64,000 bases of DNA from assembly GCA_977020255.1 (NCBI GenBank), contig CDROCS010000253.1, positions 2,976,001 through 3,040,000 on the forward strand. Direction: 5' to 3'. The stretch is from Obrimoposthia wandeli (Eukaryota). Every line of letters begins with the position of its first letter. Within the stretch, counting starts at the first letter, position 1. The notes under the pieces are model-generated. The model saw only the letters and a program-made list of their open reading frames with translations, did no database searches and was not told where the DNA came from. This document shows positions 32,371 through 41,392 of the stretch, piece after piece. A program made the translations under genes and the position numbers.

Positions 32371-32628
32371 TTATTTATGACTTGCGTCATTAATGTGTTT
32401 TTTTACAGCCTCAACTTGTGCATCACATTGCCTTTTACTGTCACCAGACATCTCAGAGCACTTTTGAGATGAACCTCCGCTATTTGTTGCAGCATCAGTA
32501 GCAGCCGCTAAAGCTAAACAGACAGGCGTCGCTGAGCCACAATTTGCAGCTTTATCGTAGTTTGGGCTCGAGCTGCAACCGCTTAGCACTATAGAAATTA
32601 ATGCAGTGAGTAATTTGATAAATGACAT
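32371..32628 (-). CDS. Small lipoprotein cassette
   Basis: Signal peptide with LSGC lipobox; four further Cys. Confidence 0.75.
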   Translation of the reverse strand: MSFIKLLTALISIVLSGCSSSPNYDKAANCGSATPVCLALAAATDAATNSGGSSQKCSEMSGDSKRQCDAQVEAVKKHINDASHK

Positions 32629-32646
32629 ATCCGTATACACCTATAA

Positions 32647-32745
32647 ATATAACGCCCACATTAACGGGCTAAGTAATAGTTGGCTAAAATAGCGAAGAAT
32701 GAGCACGGCCAACTGTTGCGTGTCACGTTGATTTACTTGTTATAT
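32647..32745 (-). repeat. attC
   Basis: ATATAAC...GTTATAT. Confidence 0.9.
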
Positions 32746-32749
32746 GCAA

Positions 32750-32965
32750 TTAGTTATTACAAGCACAAGCTAGTTTTCCATTACTTTGATGCCACTCTTG
32801 ATAATTACCACTAGAACAATTACGCCTAACATCAGGACAACTTGCACCAACGTAACTAATTTCGGTATCAGTAGCTTTTTCAAACGCTGATTCGGCAATG
32901 GCTCCTACGAGAGAAGAACAACCTGAAAGTAGAACAAGTATAAATGTGACGGGTAGGTATTTCAT
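32750..32965 (-). CDS. Small lipoprotein cassette
   Basis: LLSGC lipobox; C-terminal Cys cluster. Confidence 0.75.
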   Translation of the reverse strand: MKYLPVTFILVLLSGCSSLVGAIAESAFEKATDTEISYVGASCPDVRRNCSSGNYQEWHQSNGKLACACNN

Positions 32966-32979
32966 GCGTGATCCTTATT

Positions 32980-33084
32980 GGCTAACGCCCTGCTTTAAGG
33001 CAAATTCAGGTTGGCTAAATGTGAAGTGGAGCGGAATCCGCCAATCGTAGTTTCGCTGGTCCCAATTTGAACAGCTTGTTGAAC
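32980..33084 (-). repeat. attC whose R'' box is interrupted by IS91-like copy 2
   Basis: GGCTAAC gccct...ttgaacagcttG|TTGAAC. Confidence 0.8.
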
Positions 33085-33171
33085 GCCGCTCTGCGCAGAG
33101 TGATTTAAAATGAATCTCCATACTCAATAACAGCACATTATCACTTCGATGATGCGTTATTGAGTATACCC

Positions 33172-34003
33172 ATGAATACATCACAAGCACAACATTTACA
33201 TAATTATCTTTTATGAACAACACCTTATCAACCTTATCCTTACAAGTAAACGTCCTTCAACAATTGATGTTCTTAACCACCGCTGACTTAAAACAATATT
33301 TTCAACAGCCCTTTTATTCATTATTCTTGAGCACCATTAAGCTTGACCGTAATGGATTGCAGTTCTTTTACCGCTATACACTCAATAAGCAATGGGAATG
33401 GCTCGCTATCGTTAAACCACCGCTGCAAAGCGCATCCCCTGATATTTTAACGGTCAAGCAAGTCACAAGTGAGGTAATTAATCAAACCAAGCAACTGCTA
33501 TCAAGTATTTTTTATAACGCTTATTCTCTGGGACTGCGCTTTAAGTGAAGGGCTTAATTTAACCCTACATGATATTGATAAATCGACAAGCGCGGCATGC
33601 CTCGTGATGAAAGCAGTGAAAAAGACCGCATGGTGCCTCAAGTTGCCTGAGCAGACTCCTGTTAGCGCTGAGGAATTATTGAAAATACACGCCATGCCTG
33701 TTTGATTTTTCCTTACTTTCAGGTAAATACGAAAACCATATGGATAAAGGCAGTGCTCAAAAAGCCTTAAAGGTACTGCATGATTGTCGACCAAAAATCC
33801 AAGCACATTCTTCTTGTCATTGTTATGCTACCCACCTGCTTGAACAAGCGCTTGATTTGCGTTCTTGCGGGTAAATTACTTGGACACGCCAGTTCAACAC
33901 CACTGCATCGTTACACCACAGTCACAAAGTGAAACAACGTGATATGTCACGCGCCGTAAACGACTTAACAGATAAACTCGACATTACATGGACTGTAAAA
34001 TGA
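33172..34003 (+). pseudogene. Tyrosine recombinase with many frameshifts
   Basis: Colinear with 28079-28966 but with numerous indels (possibly assembly error). Confidence 0.8.
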
Positions 34004-35067
34004 GTACCTTTATCGATTTACTACGTCAACATCATCAAGCCCTTGAAACTCAGTATAGCGCTAAATTAACACAAGACATGCGTAAAGCGATTTATGCCAT
34101 GCTTAGGTGCAAAACACCACAGCAACGCCAATCACTTTGGGCTTGTGACCATTGTGAACATCATGACCGTATGCCACTTTCTTGTGGTCATCGAAACTGC
34201 CCACAGTGCCAACAAAACACCACCTCACAATGGCTAGCTAGGCAAAAAGCAAAGCGCTTACCTGTTGAGTATTTCATGGTGACCTTCACCTTACCCTTCT
34301 CTTTTGAGTTAAGGCCTTTAGCTAAAAGCCGTCCTAAAGCATTATATCAATTGATGTTTTCAGTCACATCTTCAATATTGAAAGACTTTGCCACACGCCA
34401 AGGCTTAGGCGACATTGGCTTTACCTCGGTACTACATACCCACAGCAGAAGGCGTGAACTACATCCCCATTTACATATTATTGTGCCAAATGGCGGTTAC
34501 GACTCTAAACGAAAACAATGGCGTAAAGGCAAGAAAGGCTATTTGTTTAACGAGTTCGCACTCGCTAAAGTCTGGAGAGCACGCGTGTTTGAAGCTATAA
34601 AAAAACATCCTGAGCTGTCACTGACTACTATCAAAAAACTGCCAACAAAATGGGTGGTCGATTGCAAAAAAATAGGTCATGGCTTACCGGCGTTAAAATA
34701 TCTGTCTCGGTATTTATATCGTGGGGTATTGCCCGATAAAGACATTATTCATTATGACCAACACAACGTCACCTTTCGTTATAAAGACAGTGCAACGAAC
34801 AAAATAACACCCCGTACGTTGCCAACACTCAAATTCTTAATGCTGATACTGCAACATGTTTTGCCCAAAGGATTGCAGCGGGTACGTGATTATGGGCTGT
34901 TATCCTCAGGCGCTAAAAAGCTTAGGTTAATAATTCAATTGCTGTTATTACCCATTCACGACTGGCTTAAACCCAAAAAGGAAGAAACCACACCCACGCG
35001 GGCCACGAGAATATGCCCTTGCTGCAAGCATAAAATGCATTGCACGGGAGTGACACGAACGCCCTAG
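34000..35067 (+). CDS. IS91-family HUH/Y2 transposase, open frame
   Basis: Zinc finger, HPHLH, YLSRY, RVRDYG, C-terminal CPCC. Confidence 0.92.
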   Translation: MSTFIDLLRQHHQALETQYSAKLTQDMRKAIYAMLRCKTPQQRQSLWACDHCEHHDRMPLSCGHRNCPQCQQNTTSQWLARQKAKRLPVEYFMVTFTLPFSFELRPLAKSRPKALYQLMFSVTSSILKDFATRQGLGDIGFTSVLHTHSRRRELHPHLHIIVPNGGYDSKRKQWRKGKKGYLFNEFALAKVWRARVFEAIKKHPELSLTTIKKLPTKWVVDCKKIGHGLPALKYLSRYLYRGVLPDKDIIHYDQHNVTFRYKDSATNKITPRTLPTLKFLMLILQHVLPKGLQRVRDYGLLSSGAKKLRLIIQLLLLPIHDWLKPKKEETTPTRATRICPCCKHKMHCTGVTRTP

Positions 35068-35277
35068 CCGAAAGGCGAATACAATAAGGATAATGGCTAA
35101 GGTAAGTAATTAATCTAGGGGGGAATAAAGAAAGGCAACATGGTTCGCTAAAACATAAACTGATGAAAAAGCATTGCCTTTTTCGTCTTAACTTCGTACG
35201 TCTTGCGATCTGGCAATTGATAGCAAGCCCTTCAAAAAACAAATCGCTATTTACTATATAAAGCAGACTACGGGCTT

Positions 35278-35332
35278 GTCCAACACCCGAATAAGGTGTC
35301 GGCTACGCGACACCTATTCTTATTTGTTATAA
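35278..35332 (+). other. attC-like terminal hairpin carried by element copy 2
   Basis: GTCCAAC accc GAATA(A)GGTGTCG gctacg CGACACCTATTC ttattt GTTATAA. Confidence 0.65.
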
Positions 35333-35662
35333 GGTATTTTCACCAGGTCGATAATCATAGTTTTTTCGCTCTTCAACCGATATTACATTCTCAACCATTT
35401 TCGATTCGGAAGCACCATACTTTTGGAAGTTTTCTCGACCTTCTATGATAGATAAACCATGATTAGCACCAGAAGGTTCATCTAATTCCCAACCTGTGCC
35501 TTCATCTTCCCAAAAGCAAATTGGACAAATTAAATAGTTTCCGCTTTCAGCAATACTTATGTATTCACAACATTCGCATTTAACTCTAGGTGTAAGATCA
35601 TCAGGAGAATACCAAATAAGCTTACGCTTAAATAAATTGCGGATTATGCTGAACATCGTCAT
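35327..35662 (-). CDS. CPCC-family cysteine-rich protein cassette
   Basis: CECC...ICPICFWED...SGANHGLS-EGRENF. Confidence 0.85.
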   Translation of the reverse strand: MTMFSIIRNLFKRKLIWYSPDDLTPRVKCECCEYISIAESGNYLICPICFWEDEGTGWELDEPSGANHGLSIIEGRENFQKYGASESKMVENVISVEERKNYDYRPGENTL

Positions 35663-35672
35663 ACCTTATAAC

Positions 35673-37561
35673 GAGGCTGTAGAATTACTCGTTTTTATAT
35701 TATTTTTAATCGTAATACTCTAACTGGATTATTTTCTGTTAACAATCAAAAACGTTTACGTTTTTGGCGATTTTTATTTTTACATCGTTGATAGTTTAAT
35801 AATGATTAGTTTTTACTTGTTTTGTCTTTGAGGTTACTTAGTGGGGGAAACAAGGGGTTTCTCCCCTTAGTGCAGGTTATTTCTTAACTTTTCTATATTA
35901 TGCACTAAACAATACATTTGCCATTGGCTATTTACTTTTTCTTGTCCGCGCAAGGTGAATTTATTCATGCCTTTATTCACCGTGATGTGCCAAACAATGG
36001 CTCGATTGTGCCTAATCGCTTACTGTATTGTCAAATGTCGTCCAGCGCTACTGGTTCATTTTTATCTTCATTTTGTCAGTGTAACTGTGATGACATTATC
36101 TGAGCTGGCAGTCGTTAAAAACTGCACCTGACGCCCTGTTTTGGTCGGCTTTACGCATGCATTGTTGAAATGCAGTAGCAGACCTTACAGTCTTTAAATA
36201 GCCGGTGAAACGGGTGTAACTTTTTCCAGCAACATTGATGATATGATTACCTTGTAGCTACATGTCCTGCTCCGGCTGGGCAACGGCAGGCAGGTTTCAG
36301 TGTCTTTATCAAAGTAAAAATCATCTCGACTAAATTGTTTAGGTTTATCTTTTTACTGCGCTTCTTTAATCGTGCCGTTTTTTCTTTTTTCTGTTGCATA
36401 GTTTCACTTATTTGAAACAGCGGGTTACGACTCTCTAAAAAGCATTATCAGCCATAACCAGTCATCAAGCCTTATAGTTTGCCATATACGCTAAATTAAC
36501 TTCACTATGAAAACCACTGTCGGCGGTAAACTTGGCTGTGGAAAAGGTATCGGGGGTGCCAAGATTATTGAGTTGTTGCTTGAGTTGCTCTACCGCGGGT
36601 TTTAATGTTTGTTGCTCGCCAACACTGCCCCAGGTTTGGGCTTGAAGAATGACTTGGTGTTTATCATCGTTAATTGCAATACCGTTGTAGCCTTGAATGG
36701 TACCTTTACTGGTGGTCATTTTAGCGCTGTCAGGGTCGGTAATATTACTCTTAATTGGCTTGCCTTGGCTACCCCGCTTATCTTCATTGTTAGTGAGGAA
36801 TTCTTTATTTCTTTATCGCGCTATTATCGAGTTTGGGCTTGTGCTTTAGGTCATGTTCTAGTTCATCTTGATTCAAGGCATCTTGGGCTTGATGCATAGC
36901 TAAAATTCGTTGACTGGCTCGACGCAGTTTCGCTTCTTTACGAGTGAGCTCTTCAATGGTGCCGCTCCATTCTTTACTGGCATTTGACTTGATTTTACAG
37001 CCATCGATTGAAAACATCTGCCGACCAATCAAACCTTCTTTATCACATATCATCATCAAGATTTGGGTGAACAGTGGGTTCTATTTGGTCTTTTCATACG
37101 GGCAACAAACAGGCGATAGCCGTAAAATGGGGTTGTACGTCACCCGATAAACTCATGAAGGTAATGTTAGTTTCACAGGCATTCGCAATACGACGACTAG
37201 TGATATACCCGCGAGAGTAGGCAAATAATATGATTTTTAACATCACGGCTGGAGAATAGGCGGCTGCGCCGCCTTTGTCATTATTGAACCACGCATCAAA
37301 CCCTGACAAATCAAGGTGATTATCAATAATATGCGCGAGCGCATATTCAAACGTACTATAACACTTGAACTGAAAATCAATGGGAATGAACTTACTTTGA
37401 CAGGATAAATCGGGTTTGTAGTTCGCCATAAGGTTTTACGGTGGGGGAATAATATCTATTAGATCACAGAAAAGATCGGGATTCAAGCTTAAAAATCGAC
37501 CTATTAACAAAATATAAAAAAAGACATAAAAACGTCTTTTTTGGAGAAATTCTACAGCCTC
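35673..37561 (-). mobile_element. IS1182-type insertion sequence inside an attC R' box
   Basis: 14-bp terminal IRs GAGGCTGTAGAATT / AATTCTACAGCCTC, flanked by duplicated AAC. Confidence 0.85.
35867..37429 (-). pseudogene. IS1182-family transposase, heavily frameshifted
   Basis: AYSPAVMLKIILFAY-TSRRIA-C, DGCKIKSNASK, IEPLFG...YCLVHNIEKL fragments. Confidence 0.82.
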
Positions 37562-37655
37562 AACGCCACGTTAAGCGGCAAAAAATTGTTGGCTAAAATT
37601 GTGAACGGAGTGAAACAGCCAACTGTTTTTTGTCCGTTTGAACGCCTTGTTAGGT
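37562..37655 (-). repeat. attC (R' box at 35666-35672 separated by the IS)
   Basis: AAC gccac gttaagcggcaaaa...tttgtccgtttgaac gcctt GTTAGGT. Confidence 0.88.
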
Positions 37656-37994
37656 TTAAGACCAGATTAGGTCACCGTAACCCCATATGATTGTGCCCGT
37701 AACCAGTAATATATGAGCCGCAAACGAAACATTGCGCCTTGGTTTAGTTGGTTTTGCTTTAAGCGGAATAGACATATTTATTTTTGATTGCATAAATTGA
37801 GCTCGTTGGATGTCTTCGTAAATGTGTGATGAGACCTTAAACTCAACAAGTGCAGCCAAAAGAACAACTACAGAACCTGAACGAGCAAACCAATTATAAT
37901 CAGTTGAATAGTAATCTGCGATTACAGAGATAACAGCAACTAATATAGCTACTCCAATAAGAGACCATTCAATCGTATACTTCCGACGCTTCAT
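37656..37994 (-). CDS. Hypothetical membrane protein cassette
   Basis: 112 aa, ~3 TM segments, bounded by attC sites. Confidence 0.75.
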   Translation of the reverse strand: MKRRKYTIEWSLIGVAILVAVISVIADYYSTDYNWFARSGSVVVLLAALVEFKVSSHIYEDIQRAQFMQSKINMSIPLKAKPTKPRRNVSFAAHILLVTGTIIWGYGDLIWS

Positions 37995-38004
37995 ATATAA
38001 GGAA

Positions 38005-38107
38005 ACCTAACGCCCAATTAACAGGCAAAAAATGGTTGGCTAAAATAAGTGAACGTAGTGAACAAAAAGCCAACTGTTTTTTGTCCTTGTTGAATTGCTT
38101 GTTAGGT
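38005..38107 (-). repeat. attC
   Basis: ACCTAAC...GTTAGGT. Confidence 0.93.
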
Positions 38108-38110
38108 GAA

Positions 38111-38422
38111 TTATATCGCCAAACTAGCAGCTAGATTGTGTAACGGGCTTACCAACATTACAAGAGATATTAAAAATGCGATTAATAGCCCACATTGTTT
38201 TTTAATTTTGGAATCTTTTTTAACAATTAGGTAAAGCGATATAACTATTGAGACTAAAACTACAAATATAAAACAATAACCTAATAATAACTCGATGATA
38301 TCTGAAATACCGTAAGGGTCATTTGGAGCTTTATACATTGAGCTATAAAAGAAATAACGAAATGAAGGCATTAACATAAAAAATATAAGATTAAGCCACA
38401 CCAATATTTTAATGATTCGCAT
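38111..38422 (-). CDS. Hypothetical membrane protein cassette
   Basis: 103 aa, ~3 TM segments. Confidence 0.75.
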   Translation of the reverse strand: MRIIKILVWLNLIFFMLMPSFRYFFYSSMYKAPNDPYGISDIIELLLGYCFIFVVLVSIVISLYLIVKKDSKIKKQCGLLIAFLISLVMLVSPLHNLAASLAI

Positions 38423-38443
38423 CCTGCTGACTCTTCCTTATTC

Positions 38444-38542
38444 ACCTAACGCCCTCGTTAAGGGGCAAAATTTAGTTGGCTAAAATGTTGAGGGACGAAA
38501 ACAGCCAACTGTATTTTGTCCTTCTTTAACAGCTTGTTATAT
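38444..38542 (-). repeat. attC
   Basis: ACCTAAC...GTTATAT. Confidence 0.93.
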
Positions 38543-38545
38543 GAA

Positions 38546-38743
38546 TTATGATTTATTAGGCTCATTGTCATTGGTTGGGTTGCCAGAAGGAAGCTTTATT
38601 AATATTTCAGATAAGCTTGCTGCGATTTTAGCCTGTGATATTGCAATATCTTTGTTAGATTGAACTAAACCGTAGAACCAGTAAATGACAAATATAGTTA
38701 AGATAAAGCCTAATATAGGGAATAACATTGTAAATAATAACAT
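38546..38743 (-). CDS. Small single-TM protein cassette
   Basis: 65 aa, hydrophobic N-terminus, RBS GGAG. Confidence 0.65.
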   Translation of the reverse strand: MLLFTMLFPILGFILTIFVIYWFYGLVQSNKDIAISQAKIAASLSEILIKLPSGNPTNDNEPNKS

Positions 38744-38777
38744 GATATAAAACTCCTTTTTTGATTATGATACTTTC

Positions 38778-38869
38778 ATATAACGCTTTGCTAAGGGGCA
38801 AATGACCGTTGGCTATAATGCGCGAAGCGCAGCCGACTGTTATTTGTCCGTTTGAGCAACTTGTTATAT
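38778..38869 (-). repeat. attC (near-identical to 31576-31667)
   Basis: ATATAAC...GTTATAT. Confidence 0.93.
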
Positions 38870-39099
38870 GCAGCGGTGGTTGTAGCCAAACACTGCACGA
38901 ACTTAAGTCACCCGTAATATAAAAACCTAACCGTGAACTTTTACGCTACACGCGAAAGGTTGAACAAAATTAATAGCGTTGCCACCTTTGAAAAAGGTAA
39001 AAGAGGCAATGCTTATTAATGCTGATGCAATCTAGTTTTAGCGAAAAACTATGCACTAGAAAGCACTTTATCTAAAGCTAATTTTTAATAGCATATAAC
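38864..39099. other. Non-coding cassette, family B (copy 2)
   Basis: Homologous to 31662-31895. Confidence 0.8.
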
Positions 39100-39190
39100 G
39101 CCCTGTTAAGGGGCAAATTGTAGTTGGCTATAATGTGAGCGGAGCGAAACAGCCAACTGTACTTTGTCCCGCTTGAACAGCTTGTTATAT
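39093..39190 (-). repeat. attC
   Basis: ATATAAC gccct GTTAAGG...GCTTGAAC agctt GTTATAT; extra bases on the minus-strand R''-L'' arm. Confidence 0.95.
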
Positions 39191-39195
39191 GCTGC

Positions 39196-39567
39196 TTACT
39201 CTTCTACTAAACCTTGCTTTTTGAGTTCAGAGTTAATTGAACCACTTGTACGCCCAAACTCACCAGCAAGAACCGAGACTAATTTACCACTTTTAAATTG
39301 CTCTGCCACATCATTTTTTTGCTCTTCAGTCCAAGGTAAACCAGCATTTTCAGGTAAACCACTTTCAAGGTTTTCTGCTTGCTTTTGCTCGATAGTTTTT
39401 TTGACTTTAGCTTGCTTTTTAGGGGGATGTTTTATTAAGTCCAATGTAGCAAATAAAGCTCTGATAATTTCAGGACTATTGTAAGGGGATTCTTCAGGTA
39501 AAACTTCACCTGTTAGTGGATTTATACCATTAGCTAAAGCTTCAATAATTTTTAAGTTTGCATCCAT
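39196..39567 (-). CDS. Hypothetical protein with C-terminal HTH/Myb-like motif
   Basis: ALANGINPLTGEVL...PWTEEQ...LAGEFGRTSGSI-SEL-K-GL. Confidence 0.75.
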   Translation of the reverse strand: MDANLKIIEALANGINPLTGEVLPEESPYNSPEIIRALFATLDLIKHPPKKQAKVKKTIEQKQAENLESGLPENAGLPWTEEQKNDVAEQFKSGKLVSVLAGEFGRTSGSINSELKKQGLVEE

Positions 39568-39600
39568 ACTATTTTAAAACCCATGATCTGAAAAGTTATT

Positions 39601-39696
39601 ATATAACGCAATAAGCGGTGGAAAATTACTGTTACAAATGTTTGAGGAACGAAAAACAGCCAACTGTAAATTTTCCGTTTAATTGCCTTGTTAGGG
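39601..39696 (-). repeat. attC
   Basis: ATATAAC...GTTAGGG. Confidence 0.88.
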
Positions 39697-40232
39697 TTAC
39701 TTACCAACCGTAGCAACTAAGTCCCCATTTTGTTTTCTAGTGAATGTTGAGCTACTCGGGTAGTCCCTACCAACAATTCGAAATATGTTTAATATTACTT
39801 TTAGAGGTACAAAGTACACTTTTTGATTTTTTTGCCGATCAGTAGAAACATATACACCTTCTAGTTTGCCATCACCTGAAACAACGAAAACATAGCTATG
39901 AACAAATTACAGATAAAACCCGAATATCTCTTCTTTGTTCTTCGGTTATGAGATTTAAAGTTAAACTCATAGTTTTCATCTATAAAAGCATGATTTAACC
40001 AATTAACTCTTTTTGTGTTTTTATACCACTGGATATCAAATTTAATTTTTTTCGTGGAGTCGGATATTTTAATAGTTTCAATCAATTTCCTGACAGAGTA
40101 AAAGACCAACATCAGCTCTTTTTCTAGCTTAACATAAGTACTTTCTCGAGTATTTTCGCTAAGCCTTAGTCCACTTAACCAATCTTGCAGATTTCAAAGC
40201 GGTTCTTTCCAATAGTGAGACTCGTAAATCAT
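39697..40232 (-). pseudogene. Frameshifted hypothetical cassette gene (MIYESHYWKEP...)
   Basis: ATG 40232 and TAA 39697 fill the cassette; track ORF 39861-40112 is the middle fragment. Confidence 0.6.
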
Positions 40233-40243
40233 ACTTGCGGTAA

Positions 40244-40343
40244 CCCTAACGCCCTGTTAATGGGCAAAATATTGTTGGCTAGAATAAGCGACGAAGGAGC
40301 AAAAGCCAACTGTATTTTGTCCTTGTTAAACAGCTTGTTAGTT
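40244..40343 (-). repeat. attC
   Basis: CCCTAAC...GTTAGTT. Confidence 0.93.
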
Positions 40344-40683
40344 GCCAAACAACACAAAACTAATTATTGAATATAAAACAAAGGCAATAACGGCAAAAAA
40401 TATAATAAAGATATCACTCTTATTTAGCCACAGAATTGCTAGCCAAAAATTTGTATTAAAACCGGCTAACTCACGTTTATCAATGTTAAGTAATTTGGTC
40501 GATGAGTTAATACTAAAAAATGCTGAAATGATGAACATAGGTGCGATTCCTGTTCCCCAAAAAAGGAAACCTGCGGGACTAGCCATAATCTCAGTAATGA
40601 ATAAAGTATTCAGTAATAGCGCTATTGCTCCTAAACTACAGCAAGTATTTGAGAAATTTTCACCACTATCCCTTTTATAAATC
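40338..40683 (-). pseudogene. Membrane protein cassette with 5' end/R' box apparently deleted
   Basis: Track start at 40706 lies inside the next attC; expected AACTAAC core absent. Confidence 0.5.
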
Positions 40684-40787
40684 TCAATCGCCTCGTTAAG
40701 AGGCAAATAATATGTTGGCTAAAATAAGCGACGAAGGAGTAAACAGCCAAATCAAAGCGGCTTCGTCCTTTGAACGACTTGCTATGG
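40684..40787 (-). repeat. Degenerate attC (both R boxes damaged)
   Basis: gttaagaggcaaa...gttggct...cagccaa...ttgaacgactt GCTATGG. Confidence 0.75.
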
Positions 40788-40819
40788 CTGATACTTGACT
40801 TCCTACCGCATCAAAGTTT

Positions 40820-41272
40820 TCAACGTTGGCCATTAATTTTACAACCTAAATAAATAACCACTTCACGAGCACCTGCACCCATTGCTAACTCACGTAAAAC
40901 TCTTTCCTCTATGTCTGTCAGCCCACCATCAGTTTTTTCTAATTGGTGAACGATGACTCTAGGTGATGGTCTAATTTTTGAATTGTGCATCGTATAAATA
41001 CCATGCTGCAATATTTTCTCTGCACACATAAAGTCTGCGACAAAAGACCTGTTATGTTTAAAAGGGTTTAGAATTCTAATGTTTGGAGCAGATAGGGATT
41101 TAGCATTTTTTCCGATTGCTTTTATGACTTCCCCTTTTTTAGTGTTTTCTATAGCAATATAAGGCTCTTCTTCAAATAACATATCTGAAGAAAAAGCTTT
41201 AATTGAAACTTTATTTTCGCTTAATTCGAAAAGCAAATCATTGGAGAAAAGGCTTCTAATGAATGTGAACAA
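40820..41272 (-). CDS. Short MreB/actin-like (YjaA-like) cassette protein
   Basis: NPFKH-DF-AE-IL and EKTDGGLTDIEERVLRELAMGAGAREV; TTG start behind GGAGG. Confidence 0.65.
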   Translation of the reverse strand: MFTFIRSLFSNDLLFELSENKVSIKAFSSDMLFEEEPYIAIENTKKGEVIKAIGKNAKSLSAPNIRILNPFKHNRSFVADFMCAEKILQHGIYTMHNSKIRPSPRVIVHQLEKTDGGLTDIEERVLRELAMGAGAREVVIYLGCKINGQR

Positions 41273-41292
41273 TACTCTCGGCCTCCGAGCTA

Positions 41293-41392
41293 CTTTAACG
41301 TTTTCGCAATAAGCGGAAATTAATGTTGGCTGTATTGCCGAGGAAACCAAAACAGCCAACTGTAATTTTTCCGTTTAATTGCCTTGTTATAA
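41293..41392 (-). repeat. attC
   Basis: CTTTAAC...gttggct/agccaact...GTTATAA. Confidence 0.85.

Larger units (their letters stand above)
33079..35326 (+). mobile_element. IS91-like element with tyrosine recombinase, copy 2
   Basis: Same architecture and ends as 27982-30295. Confidence 0.9.

Noticed and set aside
39164-40680. Plus-strand ORFs 39164-39484, 40185-40370 and 40342-40680
   Set aside because: They start within attC sites and are antisense to better-supported cassette genes.
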